A DNA stretch of 64,000 nt from positions 446,453-510,452 of the forward strand of contig JABTTW010000002.1 of the NCBI GenBank assembly GCA_015075745.1, read 5' to 3'. This stretch comes from Planctomycetia bacterium (GTDB lineage: Bacteria; Planctomycetota; Phycisphaerae; UBA1845; UTPLA1). A model generated the notes under the pieces. The model did not search any database. It saw only the letters and a list, made by a program, of their open reading frames with translations, and was not told the origin of the DNA. Both the position numbers and the translations under genes were made by a program. How positions within the stretch are numbered: the stretch's first letter is position 1; the number at the start of each line of letters is the position of its first letter. Shown here piece by piece: positions 17,384 through 27,920 of the stretch.

Positions 17384-18775
17384 CTACGTAGAGCTCTCGC
17401 GCTTCTCGCGATCCGTCTCTTTCGGCCGCTTCACCCAGATCTCGTCGTCCGGCTTCAGCCCGGAGACGATCTCGGTGTAGGTGCCGTCGGTGACGCCGAT
17501 CTTGACCGGCCGCTTCTCTTCACCCCAGCGACCGCTGCTCTTCTTGATGGGTATGTAAACAAAGCAGTCGCGCCCCTCACTGAACAACGCATCATTCTTC
17601 ACCAAGACGACATCCTGCAACTTCTCGGTCGTGAAGGACAAGTCAGCCTGAAGCCCGATGAGTTTCTTAAGGTCCTCACCAACAAGGCGGACTCGAACAT
17701 TAAACGCCAGCGCATTATTCACCCGCTGCGGCTCCGGCAGGATGCGCTCGATCACGCCCTGATACGTCTCGGCCCGATAGGCCTCGACCGTCACTTCGAC
17801 CCCCTTGCCCTCCATTTCCTTAAGGCGTTCCCCGGCACGGCGGGAATACTCTTCGTCGCTGAGCATCGTCGAAGTACCGGGTCGGGCATAGTCCGGAGCG
17901 ATCTTGCGAATCGCGCCGATGTCGGCCTCATCCACCTGCGCCATGACATAAACGGAACTGACATCGGCCAGGGTCATGATCGGCGTCCCGCCGGTAAAGC
18001 CCGACGTACCGCTCTGAATCATCTCGCCCTGCTGAACCACAATGTTGTAGACCATGCCGTCGTTGCGTGCGCGGACCGTCGTCTCGTCGAGCCGCAGCTT
18101 GGCCTCGTCAACCAGTTTCTGCGCGCTCGTGGCCGAAGCCTCTGCCTGAATCACATCCTGCTCGGCGCTGTGCAAAACGATTCGCTCGTTGTTCCTGGCC
18201 CGCTCCAGGTCCGCCTCAGCGAGCTGCTTGGCGGCCTTCGCGGCGAGGTAGGTCGCCTTGGTCGTGACACCCTCGACATCGCCGGCGACATCGGACTCAA
18301 GGTATTGCCGCATCTTGTTCCACTTGAATTCGGCGTCCTCAAACCGGGACGCCGCATCCAGCAGCCGTGACTCGGCTTGAGCCGTCTGAAGCGGAAGATC
18401 CAGTTGCTGGTTCTCCAGCGCGATCTTTGTTTTCTCAAAAACCGACTGGGCCCGGTCCAGATCCGCCTGACTGGATTCCAGCCTGCGCTTTTCATCAACC
18501 GGGTCCAGCTCGACGAGGACTTGGCCGGCCTCGACCATCTGACCTTCCACGACGTGAATCTTGGAGACCTGCCCGCTGGCCTTGCTCTTGATGGTGACGA
18601 AGCGGTTCGCCTGTACCGTGCCGGTTGCTGTCACGGGAATGATGAGATTGCCGAGCTTGGCCTGGTCCTTCTCGCCATCCAGCCATGCGTTGCTGATGCT
18701 CGCCCGCGACAGGGCGTAAAACCCCAGACAAATGAGAACGACGACTCCGCCGCCGATGATCAGTTTTCGACTCAT
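17384..18775 (-). CDS. HlyD-family periplasmic adaptor (membrane fusion protein)
   Basis: N-terminal TM, a barrel-sandwich block VTIKSKASGQVSKIHVVEGQMVEAGQVLVELD, a long coiled-coil and a beta-barrel C-terminus. No pump gene is adjacent. Confidence 0.75.
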   Translation of the reverse strand: MSRKLIIGGGVVVLICLGFYALSRASISNAWLDGEKDQAKLGNLIIPVTATGTVQANRFVTIKSKASGQVSKIHVVEGQMVEAGQVLVELDPVDEKRRLESSQADLDRAQSVFEKTKIALENQQLDLPLQTAQAESRLLDAASRFEDAEFKWNKMRQYLESDVAGDVEGVTTKATYLAAKAAKQLAEADLERARNNERIVLHSAEQDVIQAEASATSAQKLVDEAKLRLDETTVRARNDGMVYNIVVQQGEMIQSGTSGFTGGTPIMTLADVSSVYVMAQVDEADIGAIRKIAPDYARPGTSTMLSDEEYSRRAGERLKEMEGKGVEVTVEAYRAETYQGVIERILPEPQRVNNALAFNVRVRLVGEDLKKLIGLQADLSFTTEKLQDVVLVKNDALFSEGRDCFVYIPIKKSSGRWGEEKRPVKIGVTDGTYTEIVSGLKPDDEIWVKRPKETDREKRESST

Positions 18776-19003
18776 ATGGGTGTCTCCAGAGCTATCGAGC
18801 CCGACAATGCGCCGGTCGTGGTGCGACAGCCGGCGTCGATCCTAATCGTATTTCGGCGATCACGCTTCATGCGGAATACCGCATCGCCGCCGATTCCCCA
18901 TATCAGGCAAACGCGGCTTCCGGTGAATGTCTTCGCGTTGGTTCACCGCCATCGGCAATTGACACCGTGGCTGGCTACGAGGCGGGTAAATCGCAATTAA
19001 ATC

Positions 19004-20110
19004 CTAGGGCTTGTAAGGGCGGAATTCCATATTAAACACGCGAGCGACGGCTTCATTCGTCACCTGGCCGCGATAGACATCCACGCCCTCCGCCAGGCCC
19101 GCATCGGCCGCCGTTGCCTTCTTATAACCCATGTTCGCCAGCCGCAGGACATAAGGCATCGTCGCATTCGTCAGGCCAAACGTGCTGGTACGTCCCACCG
19201 CCCCCGGCATGTTGGCCACGCCATAGTGAACAACGCCGTCCACGATATACGTCGGATCGGCGTGCGTCGTCGGGCGAATCGTCTCGCAGCAGCCACCCTG
19301 ATCGACGCCGACGTCGACGATCACCGCGCCCTGCTTCATCGTCGATAGATAAGACCGGGTAATAAGCGTCGGACAAAGCGCCCCGGGGATCAGCACGGCG
19401 CCAATGACGAGATCGGCGAGGATCAGATGCTCGCGGATCATCGCGTCGCTGCTGAAGACAAGCTGCACGTTCGCGGCCATGACATCCGAGAGATATCGCA
19501 ACCGTTCAAGGTTCACGTCCATGAGGATGACGTGAGCTCCCAACCCTGCGGCGACCTTCGCGGCATTCATCCCGACAATGCCCGCGCCGAGAATCAGTAC
19601 CGTGGCAGGCTGCACACCGGGGATGCCTCCCAGCAGAATGCCGCGGCCCATCATCGGCCGTTCAAGGTACTTCGCGCCTTCCTGCACGCTCATCTTGCCG
19701 GCGACCTCGCTCATCGGAGTCAAGAGCGGCAGACGTCGTTCACGATCGCGCACGGTCTCATAGGCAATGGCTACGCACCCGCTTTTAAGGACGCCCTCGG
19801 TCAGCTTGCGGTCGGCGGCAAAGTGAAAATATGTGAAGCAAACCTGCTCTTCGCGAAGCATCGCGCACTCGGAAGGCTGCGGCTCCTTGACCTTGACGAT
19901 CAATTCTGACTTGGCGAAGACCTCCTGGGCCGTATCGACGACCGTGGCCCCGACCGCCTCATATTCCGAGTCGGTGAAACCTGAGCCGTGACCGGCGTCC
20001 TTCTCAATGAGGACCTTGTGGCCGGCGCGAACCAGGTCAGCCGCCCCGCCGGGAACGATGCCGACGCGGTACTCATCCGATTTGATCTCTTTGACACAGC
20101 CGACAATCAT
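19004..20110 (-). CDS. ald: Alanine dehydrogenase
   Basis: MIVGCVKEIKSDEYRVGIVPGGAADLVRAGHKVLIEKDAGHGSGF is followed by the NAD-binding GAGIVGMNAAKVAAGLGA block. Start at ATG 20110. Confidence 0.9.
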   Translation of the reverse strand: MIVGCVKEIKSDEYRVGIVPGGAADLVRAGHKVLIEKDAGHGSGFTDSEYEAVGATVVDTAQEVFAKSELIVKVKEPQPSECAMLREEQVCFTYFHFAADRKLTEGVLKSGCVAIAYETVRDRERRLPLLTPMSEVAGKMSVQEGAKYLERPMMGRGILLGGIPGVQPATVLILGAGIVGMNAAKVAAGLGAHVILMDVNLERLRYLSDVMAANVQLVFSSDAMIREHLILADLVIGAVLIPGALCPTLITRSYLSTMKQGAVIVDVGVDQGGCCETIRPTTHADPTYIVDGVVHYGVANMPGAVGRTSTFGLTNATMPYVLRLANMGYKKATAADAGLAEGVDVYRGQVTNEAVARVFNMEFRPYKP

Positions 20111-20557
20111 CCTGGAGGCTCCTGGGGGGACACGAATCGTGGCGGACACACTTTCAGCCGGCGTGTGAGTTCCGCCTGTTCAAGCGGCAACGCCTCTGAG
20201 AATCGCGGCCATGCTATTCAAAGGGCCGACTCTCGGCAACGCGACCGACCGCGGCCGCATCTTCGGGCCACCTGGAATACCCGGTCCCGGTGTGCCTTCC
20301 GAATCCTAATTCTGCTCGCTAACGAGACTTGGAAACCATTTGGCGGGTTACGTCCGACAATGACCGGGCAACCTGACACAGACCGGCCCATTCTCCCCAT
20401 AACCTCCAAATGATGCAAAAATGCAACATTTGGCTTGATCGAAGTTCCGACCTACCGATACTGTTAAGGCCCGCAGCGGCACCGTGAACGAGTAATTTCA
20501 CAGGGGCCAAGCGGCCTGATCACGATTTCTTGAAATAGGCAGGGGTCCATCGGCGCA

Positions 20558-21745
20558 ATGACGACCACGTCGACGAAGTCCATTCACCAAGCTCCGTCAG
20601 CGGCCGGCTCGCTGGGCGACCTGCTCGGGTCAGTCATCGAATCGCTGCCGATGGCCATGGTCCTCTTCGACAGGCGTCTGCAGGTCACCCTTGCCAACCG
20701 GTCCGCGCAGGACCTCCTCCACGGGGAGCAAGACCTGGGCGTCGCATTGTCGCGTCTGGGCGTCGAAGGGCGCTTCGAGGACTGGACCACCGAATTGCGG
20801 CAGGTCATGACGACTCAATTGCCGCGGCGATTGGATGTCTCCATCAAGAATGCGGACCGCGCCGGCGAGACTTTTCTCAATGTGATGGTCAGCCCGCTTC
20901 GCCTGAACGGGGAGGAATCCGCATCCGGCGGACTTTTGCTCGCCGAAGATGTGTCCTCTCATATCAGCATGGAGCGACGTCTCGCCGTCTCCGAGCGGCT
21001 TGCAGCCGTCGGCAAACTGGCTGCGCGCGTGGCGCACGAACTGAACAACCCGCTCGATGGAATCCTGCGGTTTACGAATCTCGCGCTGCGTCGGGCGACC
21101 GAGTTGGGCGATTCGAAGATCGTCGAGTACCTTGAGTCGGCCAGAAGCGCGGTTCATCGACTCGCCGAGATTGGCGGCGACCTGCTGGAGTTCTCGCGCG
21201 CCACGCCGAGCACCTTCGAGCAGGCGACGATCAATAAGCTCGTCGAAGACGCCCTGTCGGCCATGGAGGGACGGGCCCAGGAAGCCAAGATCACCCTGGT
21301 GTGCAACTTCCACGAATCGGACATGCCCGTCGTGCGTGGTAGCAATCTCTTTCAGATATTCTGCAACCTTATCAAGAACTCGATCGACGCCATGCCGGAC
21401 GGCGGGACCCTGACCGTGACCACCAGAATTGCCGAACCGGATGTCATCGTGACCGTTTCCGACACGGGCATCGGGCTGCCTGCGGATGTCGATCGCATCT
21501 TCGAGCCATTTTTCACCACGAAGCCCATCGGCAGCGGAACCGGCCTGGGCTTGGCGGTGTCGAAAGAATTGATCGAGAAGTATTCAGGTTCCATCACGGC
21601 GTCGCGCAACGAGCCGAAAGGCACGGTGATGACGGTTCGAATCCCGATTCGCAATTGCGAGGCCACGCCGCTCCACAAACAGGCGGGCCATCAAGGGGAT
21701 TCACAGATATCGGATTCGACGAAACCGGGAAACAATTCCCGCTAA
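20558..21745 (+). CDS. PAS-domain sensor histidine kinase (cytoplasmic)
   Basis: H-box ARVAHELNNPLDGI, N-box FCNLIKNSIDAM, G-boxes DTGIGLP and GSGTGLGLAVS. A PAS-like segment lies upstream and no TM helix is seen. Confidence 0.85.
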   Translation: MTTTSTKSIHQAPSAAGSLGDLLGSVIESLPMAMVLFDRRLQVTLANRSAQDLLHGEQDLGVALSRLGVEGRFEDWTTELRQVMTTQLPRRLDVSIKNADRAGETFLNVMVSPLRLNGEESASGGLLLAEDVSSHISMERRLAVSERLAAVGKLAARVAHELNNPLDGILRFTNLALRRATELGDSKIVEYLESARSAVHRLAEIGGDLLEFSRATPSTFEQATINKLVEDALSAMEGRAQEAKITLVCNFHESDMPVVRGSNLFQIFCNLIKNSIDAMPDGGTLTVTTRIAEPDVIVTVSDTGIGLPADVDRIFEPFFTTKPIGSGTGLGLAVSKELIEKYSGSITASRNEPKGTVMTVRIPIRNCEATPLHKQAGHQGDSQISDSTKPGNNSR

Positions 21746-21761
21746 TGGGGAGGTGCATGTA

Positions 21762-23234
21762 ATGTCGGTAAAACAAACCGTCCATCAGCCCGCCGACGCC
21801 GCATCGCGCCGCGGCGCACCGAGCGTCGAGAAGGGCCGCATTCTCATCGTGGATGATGACCGCATTGTCGTTGATTCGCTGAGCGAGTTCCTGCGCCTTG
21901 AGGGCTACGACGTGACCGGCGCTCCCGGCGTCGCGCAGGCGATCGAGGCCATCGAGCAGGAACCGTTCAATCTCGTCATCACCGACGTGAACATGCCGCA
22001 GTCCGACGGCTTCGAACTCCTTCGCACGCTTCACGACCGATGGCCCGACATCGTCACCATCGTCGTCACCGGCTACGGCACCATCGAGTCCGCCGTCGAG
22101 GCGATCAAGATGGGCGCTTACGACTATCTCACCAAACCCCTGTCGGACGACGAGATTCGTCTTGTCGTCCAGCGCGCCGTCGCCCAACAGTCGCTGCTCA
22201 AGGAAAATCGCTCACTCCGGCAGCAGCTCGATCTGCGCTACTCGCTCGATAGCGTCGTCGGCCACGACTACAAGATGCTCAAGATCTTCGACCTCGTCCA
22301 GACGGTCGCCGACAGCAAGTCGACGGTGCTGATCTCCGGTGAGTCAGGAACCGGTAAGAGCCTCGTCGCCCGGGCGATTCACCAGCGTTCCGATCGTCGC
22401 AATAAGCCGTTCATTGAGGTGTCGTGCGGCGCCATTCCCGAAGGCCTGCTCGAGTCGGAGCTGTTCGGCCACGTCAAAGGCAGCTTCACCGGGGCCGTTG
22501 CAAATAAGGAAGGCAAGTTCAAGGCGGCCGAGGGCGGGACCATCTTCCTCGACGAGATCAATTCGGCGTCGCCTGCGTTTCAGGTGAAGCTGCTGCGCGT
22601 CTTGCAGGAGCGGCGGTATGAGCCGGTCGGCTCGAATGCCACGGTCAATGCCGATGTGCGCGTGATCCTCGCGTCCAACGTCGATCTCAAGCGCGAAGTC
22701 GAGGCCGGGCGGTTTCGGCAGGACCTGTACTATCGCGTCAACGTCGTAACGCTCGCCATGCCGCCGCTCGTTGAGCGACTCGGCGATATTCCGCTCTTGG
22801 CGGAAACGTTCCTCAAGAAGTATTGCGACGAGAACAAAAAGCAGATCGTCGGCCTGACGGCGGAGGCCATCAATCTCCTCCAACGCTACCACTGGCCGGG
22901 CAACGTGCGCGAACTGGAAAATGCGATTGAACGGGCCGTCGTACTCTGCAAGAGTCGGCACATCGCGCCGGAAGACCTGCCCGCGTCGGTGATGGAGGGC
23001 CAGACGCCCGGCACGACCTCATCGACCGGCGAGATTCCCTACAAGCCCATCTCCCTGAGGGACGCCCTGGAAGAGCCCGAGCGGCGAATCATCGAAGCGG
23101 CCCTGAAGGCGAACAACTGGAACCGCCAGGAAACGGCAGAAGTCCTGCAGATCAATCGCACGACGCTTTATAAGAAGATGAAACACTTCGGGCTGGAATA
23201 CGACCCGGACAAGCACGCCGGAGGTTCGGCATAG
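21762..23234 (+). CDS. Sigma-54-dependent response regulator (NtrC/AtoC family)
   Basis: Receiver domain (ILIVDDD...DVNMP), AAA+ Walker A GESGTGKS, the sigma-54 contact loop GSFTGA (GAFTGA variant), ESELFGH, and a C-terminal Fis-type HTH. GGGGAGG lies upstream of ATG 21762. Confidence 0.9.
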   Translation: MSVKQTVHQPADAASRRGAPSVEKGRILIVDDDRIVVDSLSEFLRLEGYDVTGAPGVAQAIEAIEQEPFNLVITDVNMPQSDGFELLRTLHDRWPDIVTIVVTGYGTIESAVEAIKMGAYDYLTKPLSDDEIRLVVQRAVAQQSLLKENRSLRQQLDLRYSLDSVVGHDYKMLKIFDLVQTVADSKSTVLISGESGTGKSLVARAIHQRSDRRNKPFIEVSCGAIPEGLLESELFGHVKGSFTGAVANKEGKFKAAEGGTIFLDEINSASPAFQVKLLRVLQERRYEPVGSNATVNADVRVILASNVDLKREVEAGRFRQDLYYRVNVVTLAMPPLVERLGDIPLLAETFLKKYCDENKKQIVGLTAEAINLLQRYHWPGNVRELENAIERAVVLCKSRHIAPEDLPASVMEGQTPGTTSSTGEIPYKPISLRDALEEPERRIIEAALKANNWNRQETAEVLQINRTTLYKKMKHFGLEYDPDKHAGGSA

Positions 23235-23558
23235 GCGTTCGCGTCCGATTCTAACAGCCGTTGATCGCCACCCGTCGCGAGTGTGCTGTTTGAGTGTACC
23301 GCCTGGAATTGCCGGGCAATGTAAACGACTGCCGAAAGTCCTCGTTGTGTCCAAATCCACGGGCGACTCGAATTCTTGACAACACGTTCGAATTCAATGA
23401 CGTACTGCTCCCATCCCGTTGATACGCTGAAAGCGTTCAAGCCCTCTAGCCCGAATATTTCATCAGGTCGGCGTTGAATAGGAATAGAAAAAGCCTCGAA
23501 GCCTTGTAGACTGGGGTTTCGTAAGAACATTCCGGTCCATAGGCAGGGAGGCTTTTTC

Positions 23559-24902
23559 GTGACAGACTGTAACAGCAAACCGATGTTCTTTTCCAGTCTC
23601 GGCCGCAAGAAAATCGTGGCCGATTTCACAGGCGGAACGCTCACCTCAGACGCCGGGGGTCTGCTGCTTCGGGAGGTCGAGCGGCGTCTGGGCCTGGTCG
23701 ATCAACTGGCCGGGGTCATCAACGACCCGCGTGATCCGGCCTGAATTCAACATGACCAGCGGGTCATGCTGGCCCTGCCGCATCTTTGCCATTGCGATGG
23801 GCTACGAAGATCTCAACGACCATCAAGCCCTGCGGAGCGATCCCGTGCTGGCGGTCCTGACCGGGCGGCCGCCGAGCGCGGATGAGCCGCTGGCCAGCAG
23901 TCCGACCTTGTGCCGGCTGGAGAACCGCGTCACGCGCGGCGACCTGGCACGAATGTCGCGTGTGCTGGTGGAGCAGTTCATCGCGTCCTATGAATCGCCG
24001 CCGGAGGAATTGATCCTCGACTTCGACGCGACCGACGATCCGATCCACGGCAACCAGGAAGGCCGCTTCTTCCACGGCTATTACGACCACCACTGCTTCC
24101 TACCGCTGTATGTGTTCTGCGGCTCGCGGCTGCTGGTCTCCTACCTGCGGCCCAGCAACATCGACGGGGCCCATCACGCCTGGCCCATCCTGAAGCTGCT
24201 GGTGCAGCGGCTTGCGACAGGCGTGGCCCGGGGTGCGGATCATCGTCCGCGGGGATTCGGCTTCTGCCGCCGGCGAATGATGAAATGGTGCGACCGGCAC
24301 GGCGTCAAGTACGTGCTGGGCCTGGCCCGCAACACCGTCCTGAGAAAGCGGCCGAGTCCTTCATGCAGGCGGCCGAGGCCCAGTTCGCCACCACGCAGCA
24401 GAAGGTGCGGAACTTCCACGAGATCGAGTACGCGGCGCAGACCTGGGATCGCCGCGCGCGCGTGATCGTCAAGGCCGAGCGGCTGGTTCAGGGGCCCAAC
24501 GTTCGATTCGTGGTGACCAACCTGACCGACCGCACGCCGAACGATATCTACGACGGTCTGTACACGGCCCGCGGCGACATGGAGAACCGCATCAAGGAGC
24601 AGCAGCTCGGGCTCTTCGCCGATCGCACCAGTTGCCACGCCTTCCTGGCCAATCAGTTCCGGCTGCTGTTGTCCTCGGCGGCCTACGTCCTGGTGGAAAC
24701 GCTGCGCCGCACGGCCCTGGCCGGCACCGAACTGGCCGAGGCCCAGGTGAACACCATTCGCCTGAAACTCCTCAAGGTCGCCGCGCGGGTGGTCGTCTCC
24801 GTGCGCCGCGTCGTACTGCGACTGTCGAGCAGCTGCCCCCTGCAGGACCTGTGGCGATCCCTGGTTCCACGACTCCGCCTGATCCCGCCCGCCCCATCAT
24901 GA
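23559..24902 (+). mobile_element. IS1380-family transposase, pseudogenised by frameshifts (element ends not defined)
   Basis: Three overlapping frames carry FTGGTLTSDAGGLLLREVERRLGLVDQLAGVINDPRDP, then AIAMGYEDLNDHQALRSDPVL...LDFDATDDPIHGNQEG..FHGYYDHHCFLPLYVF, then ...YTARGDMENRIKEQQLGLFADRTSCHAFLANQFRLLL. Together these are classic IS1380 family blocks. Confidence 0.8.
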
Positions 24903-25044
24903 CCCGAAAAACAACCTGATCACCGCTTGGGGGTAAGGGGGCCCTGCGCGCTCCAACCTCCACCTTCGTCCCTCCGCTCACGCACAAAGCCGAAAAACTC
25001 CGTCCATCACCATTCGAAGATCACTGATGAAATATGCGGGCTAG

Positions 25045-25117
25045 CCCAGGGTTGCCGCGACGCGGCTACCCTGGGAAAATGTCCGCCAGACCCATTCAAC
25101 CCCACCGGGGTTGTGGC
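25045..25117 (+). repeat. Left REP-like hairpin pair flanking the RAYT gene
   Basis: H1 is CCCAGGGTTGCCGCGACGCGGCTACCCTGGG (25045-25075). H2 is ATTCAACCCCACCGGGGTTGTGGC (25094-25117), which mirrors 25588-25611. Confidence 0.8.
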
Positions 25118-25131
25118 ATTGAGGAGCCGTC

Positions 25132-25587
25132 ATGCCGCAGTCGCTCTCAGCCGTGCATGTTCATCTGATTTTCTCCACGAAAGGCCGACGCCCTTTACTA
25201 CACGATGTCGCCCTTCGCGAAGCCCTACACGCGTATTTGGGCGGCATCAGCAGGGAACTCGATTGTCCTCCCGTGCGTATCGGTGGTGTTGCCGATCATG
25301 TCCATATCCTTGCCCGATTGGGGCGGACTATCTCTCAGGCCGATTGGGTTAAGGAAATAAAACGAGTGTCAACCTTGTGGCTCAAGGGCCACACAGGAAA
25401 CCTCGCAGATTTCCAGTGGCAGGCAGGCTATGCATGCTTTTCAGTAAGCCAATCGAATATATCGCGAGTAGCTGATTACATTGCGCAGCAGGAGGAGCAC
25501 CACCGGCATACGACCTATCAAAACGAGCTTCTCGCGTTCTTCGAAAAGCATCAAATCGAATTCGACAAACGGTATGTGTGGGATTAG
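25132..25587 (+). CDS. REP-associated tyrosine transposase (RAYT, IS200/IS605 Y1 TnpA-like), apparently intact
   Basis: 151 aa with VHVHLIFSTKGR, the HUH motif DHVHIL and a catalytic Tyr region FQWQAGYACFSVS. GAGGAG lies 5 nt upstream of the ATG. Confidence 0.85.
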   Translation: MPQSLSAVHVHLIFSTKGRRPLLHDVALREALHAYLGGISRELDCPPVRIGGVADHVHILARLGRTISQADWVKEIKRVSTLWLKGHTGNLADFQWQAGYACFSVSQSNISRVADYIAQQEEHHRHTTYQNELLAFFEKHQIEFDKRYVWD

Positions 25588-25660
25588 GCCACAACCCCGT
25601 TGGGGTTGAATCTTCTCGACGATCATGATCCCAGGGTAGCCGCGTCGCGGCTACCCTGGG
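25588..25660 (+). repeat. Right REP-like hairpin pair flanking the RAYT gene
   Basis: GCCACAACCCCGTTGGGGTTGAAT (23 of 24 against the reverse complement of the left H2), then CCCAGGGTAGCCGCGTCGCGGCTACCCTGGG (25630-25660). Confidence 0.8.
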
Positions 25661-26678
25661 CTAGAGCAGATTGCGCGTCCCTCTAGCGCCATAGTGCACT
25701 AGAGGTTAGGCTGGTTGCCGAAGGAGTACTTTGGCATGGAAGCCTATTCGATGGATCTGCGAAAACGGGTGCTGGCGGCGTGCGATGCCGGGCATGGGAC
25801 CACGCGGGTTGCGAAGTCGTTCGAGGTGTCGCCGGCCTGGGTTCGGCGACTGAAGCAGCGACGGCGTGAGCTCGGCACCATCGCGCGTTGCCGCATCGGG
25901 CCGGACCGATCCCGAAGCTCAACGACGCTCGAAAGCGCGGCTCCGCAGGCTGGTGGAGACCCAGCCCGATGCGACCCTGGCCGAACTGCGCGACCGGCTG
26001 GGTCTGGAGGTCACCCTGGGCCACCTTTGCCGCACGCTCCACAAGATGAAGCTGTCGCTAAAAAAGTCGCTCTTTGCGGATGAGCAGAACCGTCCGGACG
26101 TGAAGGCGGCGCGGCAGCGCTGGCAGGCGGCGCTGGGCGGCCTCGATCCGGATCGCCTTGTTTTATTGATGAGAGCTCGGCCAAGACCAACCTGACGCGG
26201 CTGCGGGGCGCGCCCGCGCGGGCAGCGGGTCAAGGCCCATGCGCCCAATGGCCGTTGGCAGACCACGACGATGCTCTGCGGACTGCGGCTGAGCGGACCC
26301 ACCGCGCCGATGCTGTTGCCCGGGGCGATCGATGGCGCGGCCTTCACGGCCTATGTCCGCCAGGTTCTCGCGCCCACCCTCAAGCCGGACGACATCGTGG
26401 TGATGGACAACCTGGCCTCGCACCACGCCCCGGGCGCGATGGAGGCCATCGCTCAAGTCGGCGCCACCGCTTTGTTCCTGCCGCCGTACTCGCCCGACTT
26501 CAATCCGATTGAACCGATGTGGTCAAAGGTGAAGCAGTACCTGCGAAGTGCGGCGGCGCGAAGCTTCGAGCCGTTGTGCAAGGCGATGGGCCGCGCGATT
26601 GCCGCCGTGACGCCCGGCGATGCCATCGGCTACTTTACGCACTGCGGAATCGCTACAGAAATGCGCAAACCGCTCTAG
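25661..26678 (+). mobile_element. IS630-family element no. 1, transposase multiply frameshifted
   Basis: Terminal inverted repeats CTAGAGCAGATTGCGCGTCCCTCTAGCG (25661-25688) and 26651-26678 match at 22 of 28. The transposase starts at ATG 25736 (MEAYSMDLRKRVLAACDAGHGT..). Later blocks FIDESSAKTNLTRLRG and DNLASHH...FLPPYSPDFNPIEPMWSKVK (DDE_3) are spread over all three frames. Confidence 0.8.
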
Positions 26679-27920
26679 TGCTCCGTCATCGTTAGCTTTG
26701 CGGGTTATTTTTGGAAAGGGTCGATGTTCATGATTGGATGGCCGTGGATGGCCTGTTGATCATGGAGGATCGGCGATGAAACGGTATGTGGTTCGGCTGG
26801 AGGCGGTGGAGCGGCGGCGATTAAAGGAGTTGGTTTCGACGGGCAGGGCGGCGGCCTACAAAATTCGGCACGCGAACATTCTGCTTCAGGCGGATGAATC
26901 GAAGTCACGACCGGGCTGGCCCGATACGCGGATCGCAGAAGGCCTGGCGGTGTCGGTTCGGAGCATCGAGTACCTGCGGAAGCGGTTTGTAGAGGAAGGA
27001 TTGGAGGCCTGTTTGGCACCGAAGAAACGGCCCTTCCGCCGGTGGCGCCAAAGTTCGACGGCCGCAAGGAGGCCAAACTTGTGGCCGTGGCCTGCTCGCA
27101 GCCGCCGAAGGGATACGAACGTTGGTCGCTCCGGCTGCTGGCCGACCGGGTGGTGGAATTGAAGATCGTGGACGCGGTGTCCCATGAGACGATCCGGCGT
27201 GTTCTTCAAAAACGAGTTGAAACCGTGGCAGAAGAAGATGTGGTGCATTCCGCCGGACCAGGATGCGGCGTTCGTCTGTGCGATGGAAAATGTTCTGGAG
27301 GTTTATCACCGGCCCTATGATCCGAAACGCCCGGTGGTCTGTTTCGATGAGAAGTCCAAGCAACTGGTCTCGGAGGTACGTCGGCCGATGGCGGCGAAGC
27401 GGGGTCAGGCGGCGCGGTATGACTATGAATACGAGCGCAATGGGACGGCGAATTTGTTTGTCTTCGTGGAGCCGCTCAAAGGTTGGCGGCAGGTGACGGT
27501 GACGTCGCGGCGTTGCAAAACCGACTTTGCCGGCCAGATGCGGGCGCTGGTGGACCTCCACTACCGCCGTGCGGAGAAGATCACCGTGGTGATGGACAAT
27601 TTCAACACCCACACCGTGTCGAGCCTTTATGCCGCCTTCCCTCCAGCCGAGGCAAGACGGCTGATGGACAAGCTGGACGTGGTGCATACGCCCAAGCATG
27701 GATCGTGGTTGAATATGGCGGAGATCGAGTTCAGCGTGATGGAAAAGCAGGCTCTCAACGGCCGCGTCCCCGATGAAAAGGCCCTAACAAAGCAAGTGAA
27801 GGCATGGGAATCAAATCGGAACCATCGATCCAAACGAATCAACTGGCAGTTCACCACCGATGATGCCCGCGTGAAGCTCCATCGGCTTTACCCGCAAATT
27901 GAAACATGACGGAGTACTAG
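26675..27920 (+). mobile_element. IS630-family element no. 2, transposase with two compensating frameshifts
   Basis: Terminal inverted repeats CTAGTGCTCCGTCATCGTTAGCTTTGCGGGTTA (26675-26707) and 27888-27920 match at 26 of 33. The transposase runs from ATG 26776 (MKRYVVRLEAVERRRLKELVSTGRAAAYKIRHANILL) to ...VVMDNFNTHT...HTPKHGSWLNMAEIEFSV... The frame changes near 27040-27200. The CTAG tip overlaps the CTAG tip of element no. 1. Confidence 0.8.

Noticed and set aside
23168-23644. 158-aa minus-strand ORF between the response-regulator gene and the IS1380-like element.
   Set aside because: It overlaps the 3' end of the regulator gene and the 5' end of the transposase frame, has no motifs and lies in low-complexity, lower-GC spacer.
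25696-26681. 9-nt inverted match GCACTAGAG (25696 and 26673), first considered as the IS630 no. 1 termini.
   Set aside because: It is superseded by the much longer 28-nt imperfect inverted repeats at 25661-25688 and 26651-26678, which start and end on CTAG as expected for TA-targeting IS630 elements.
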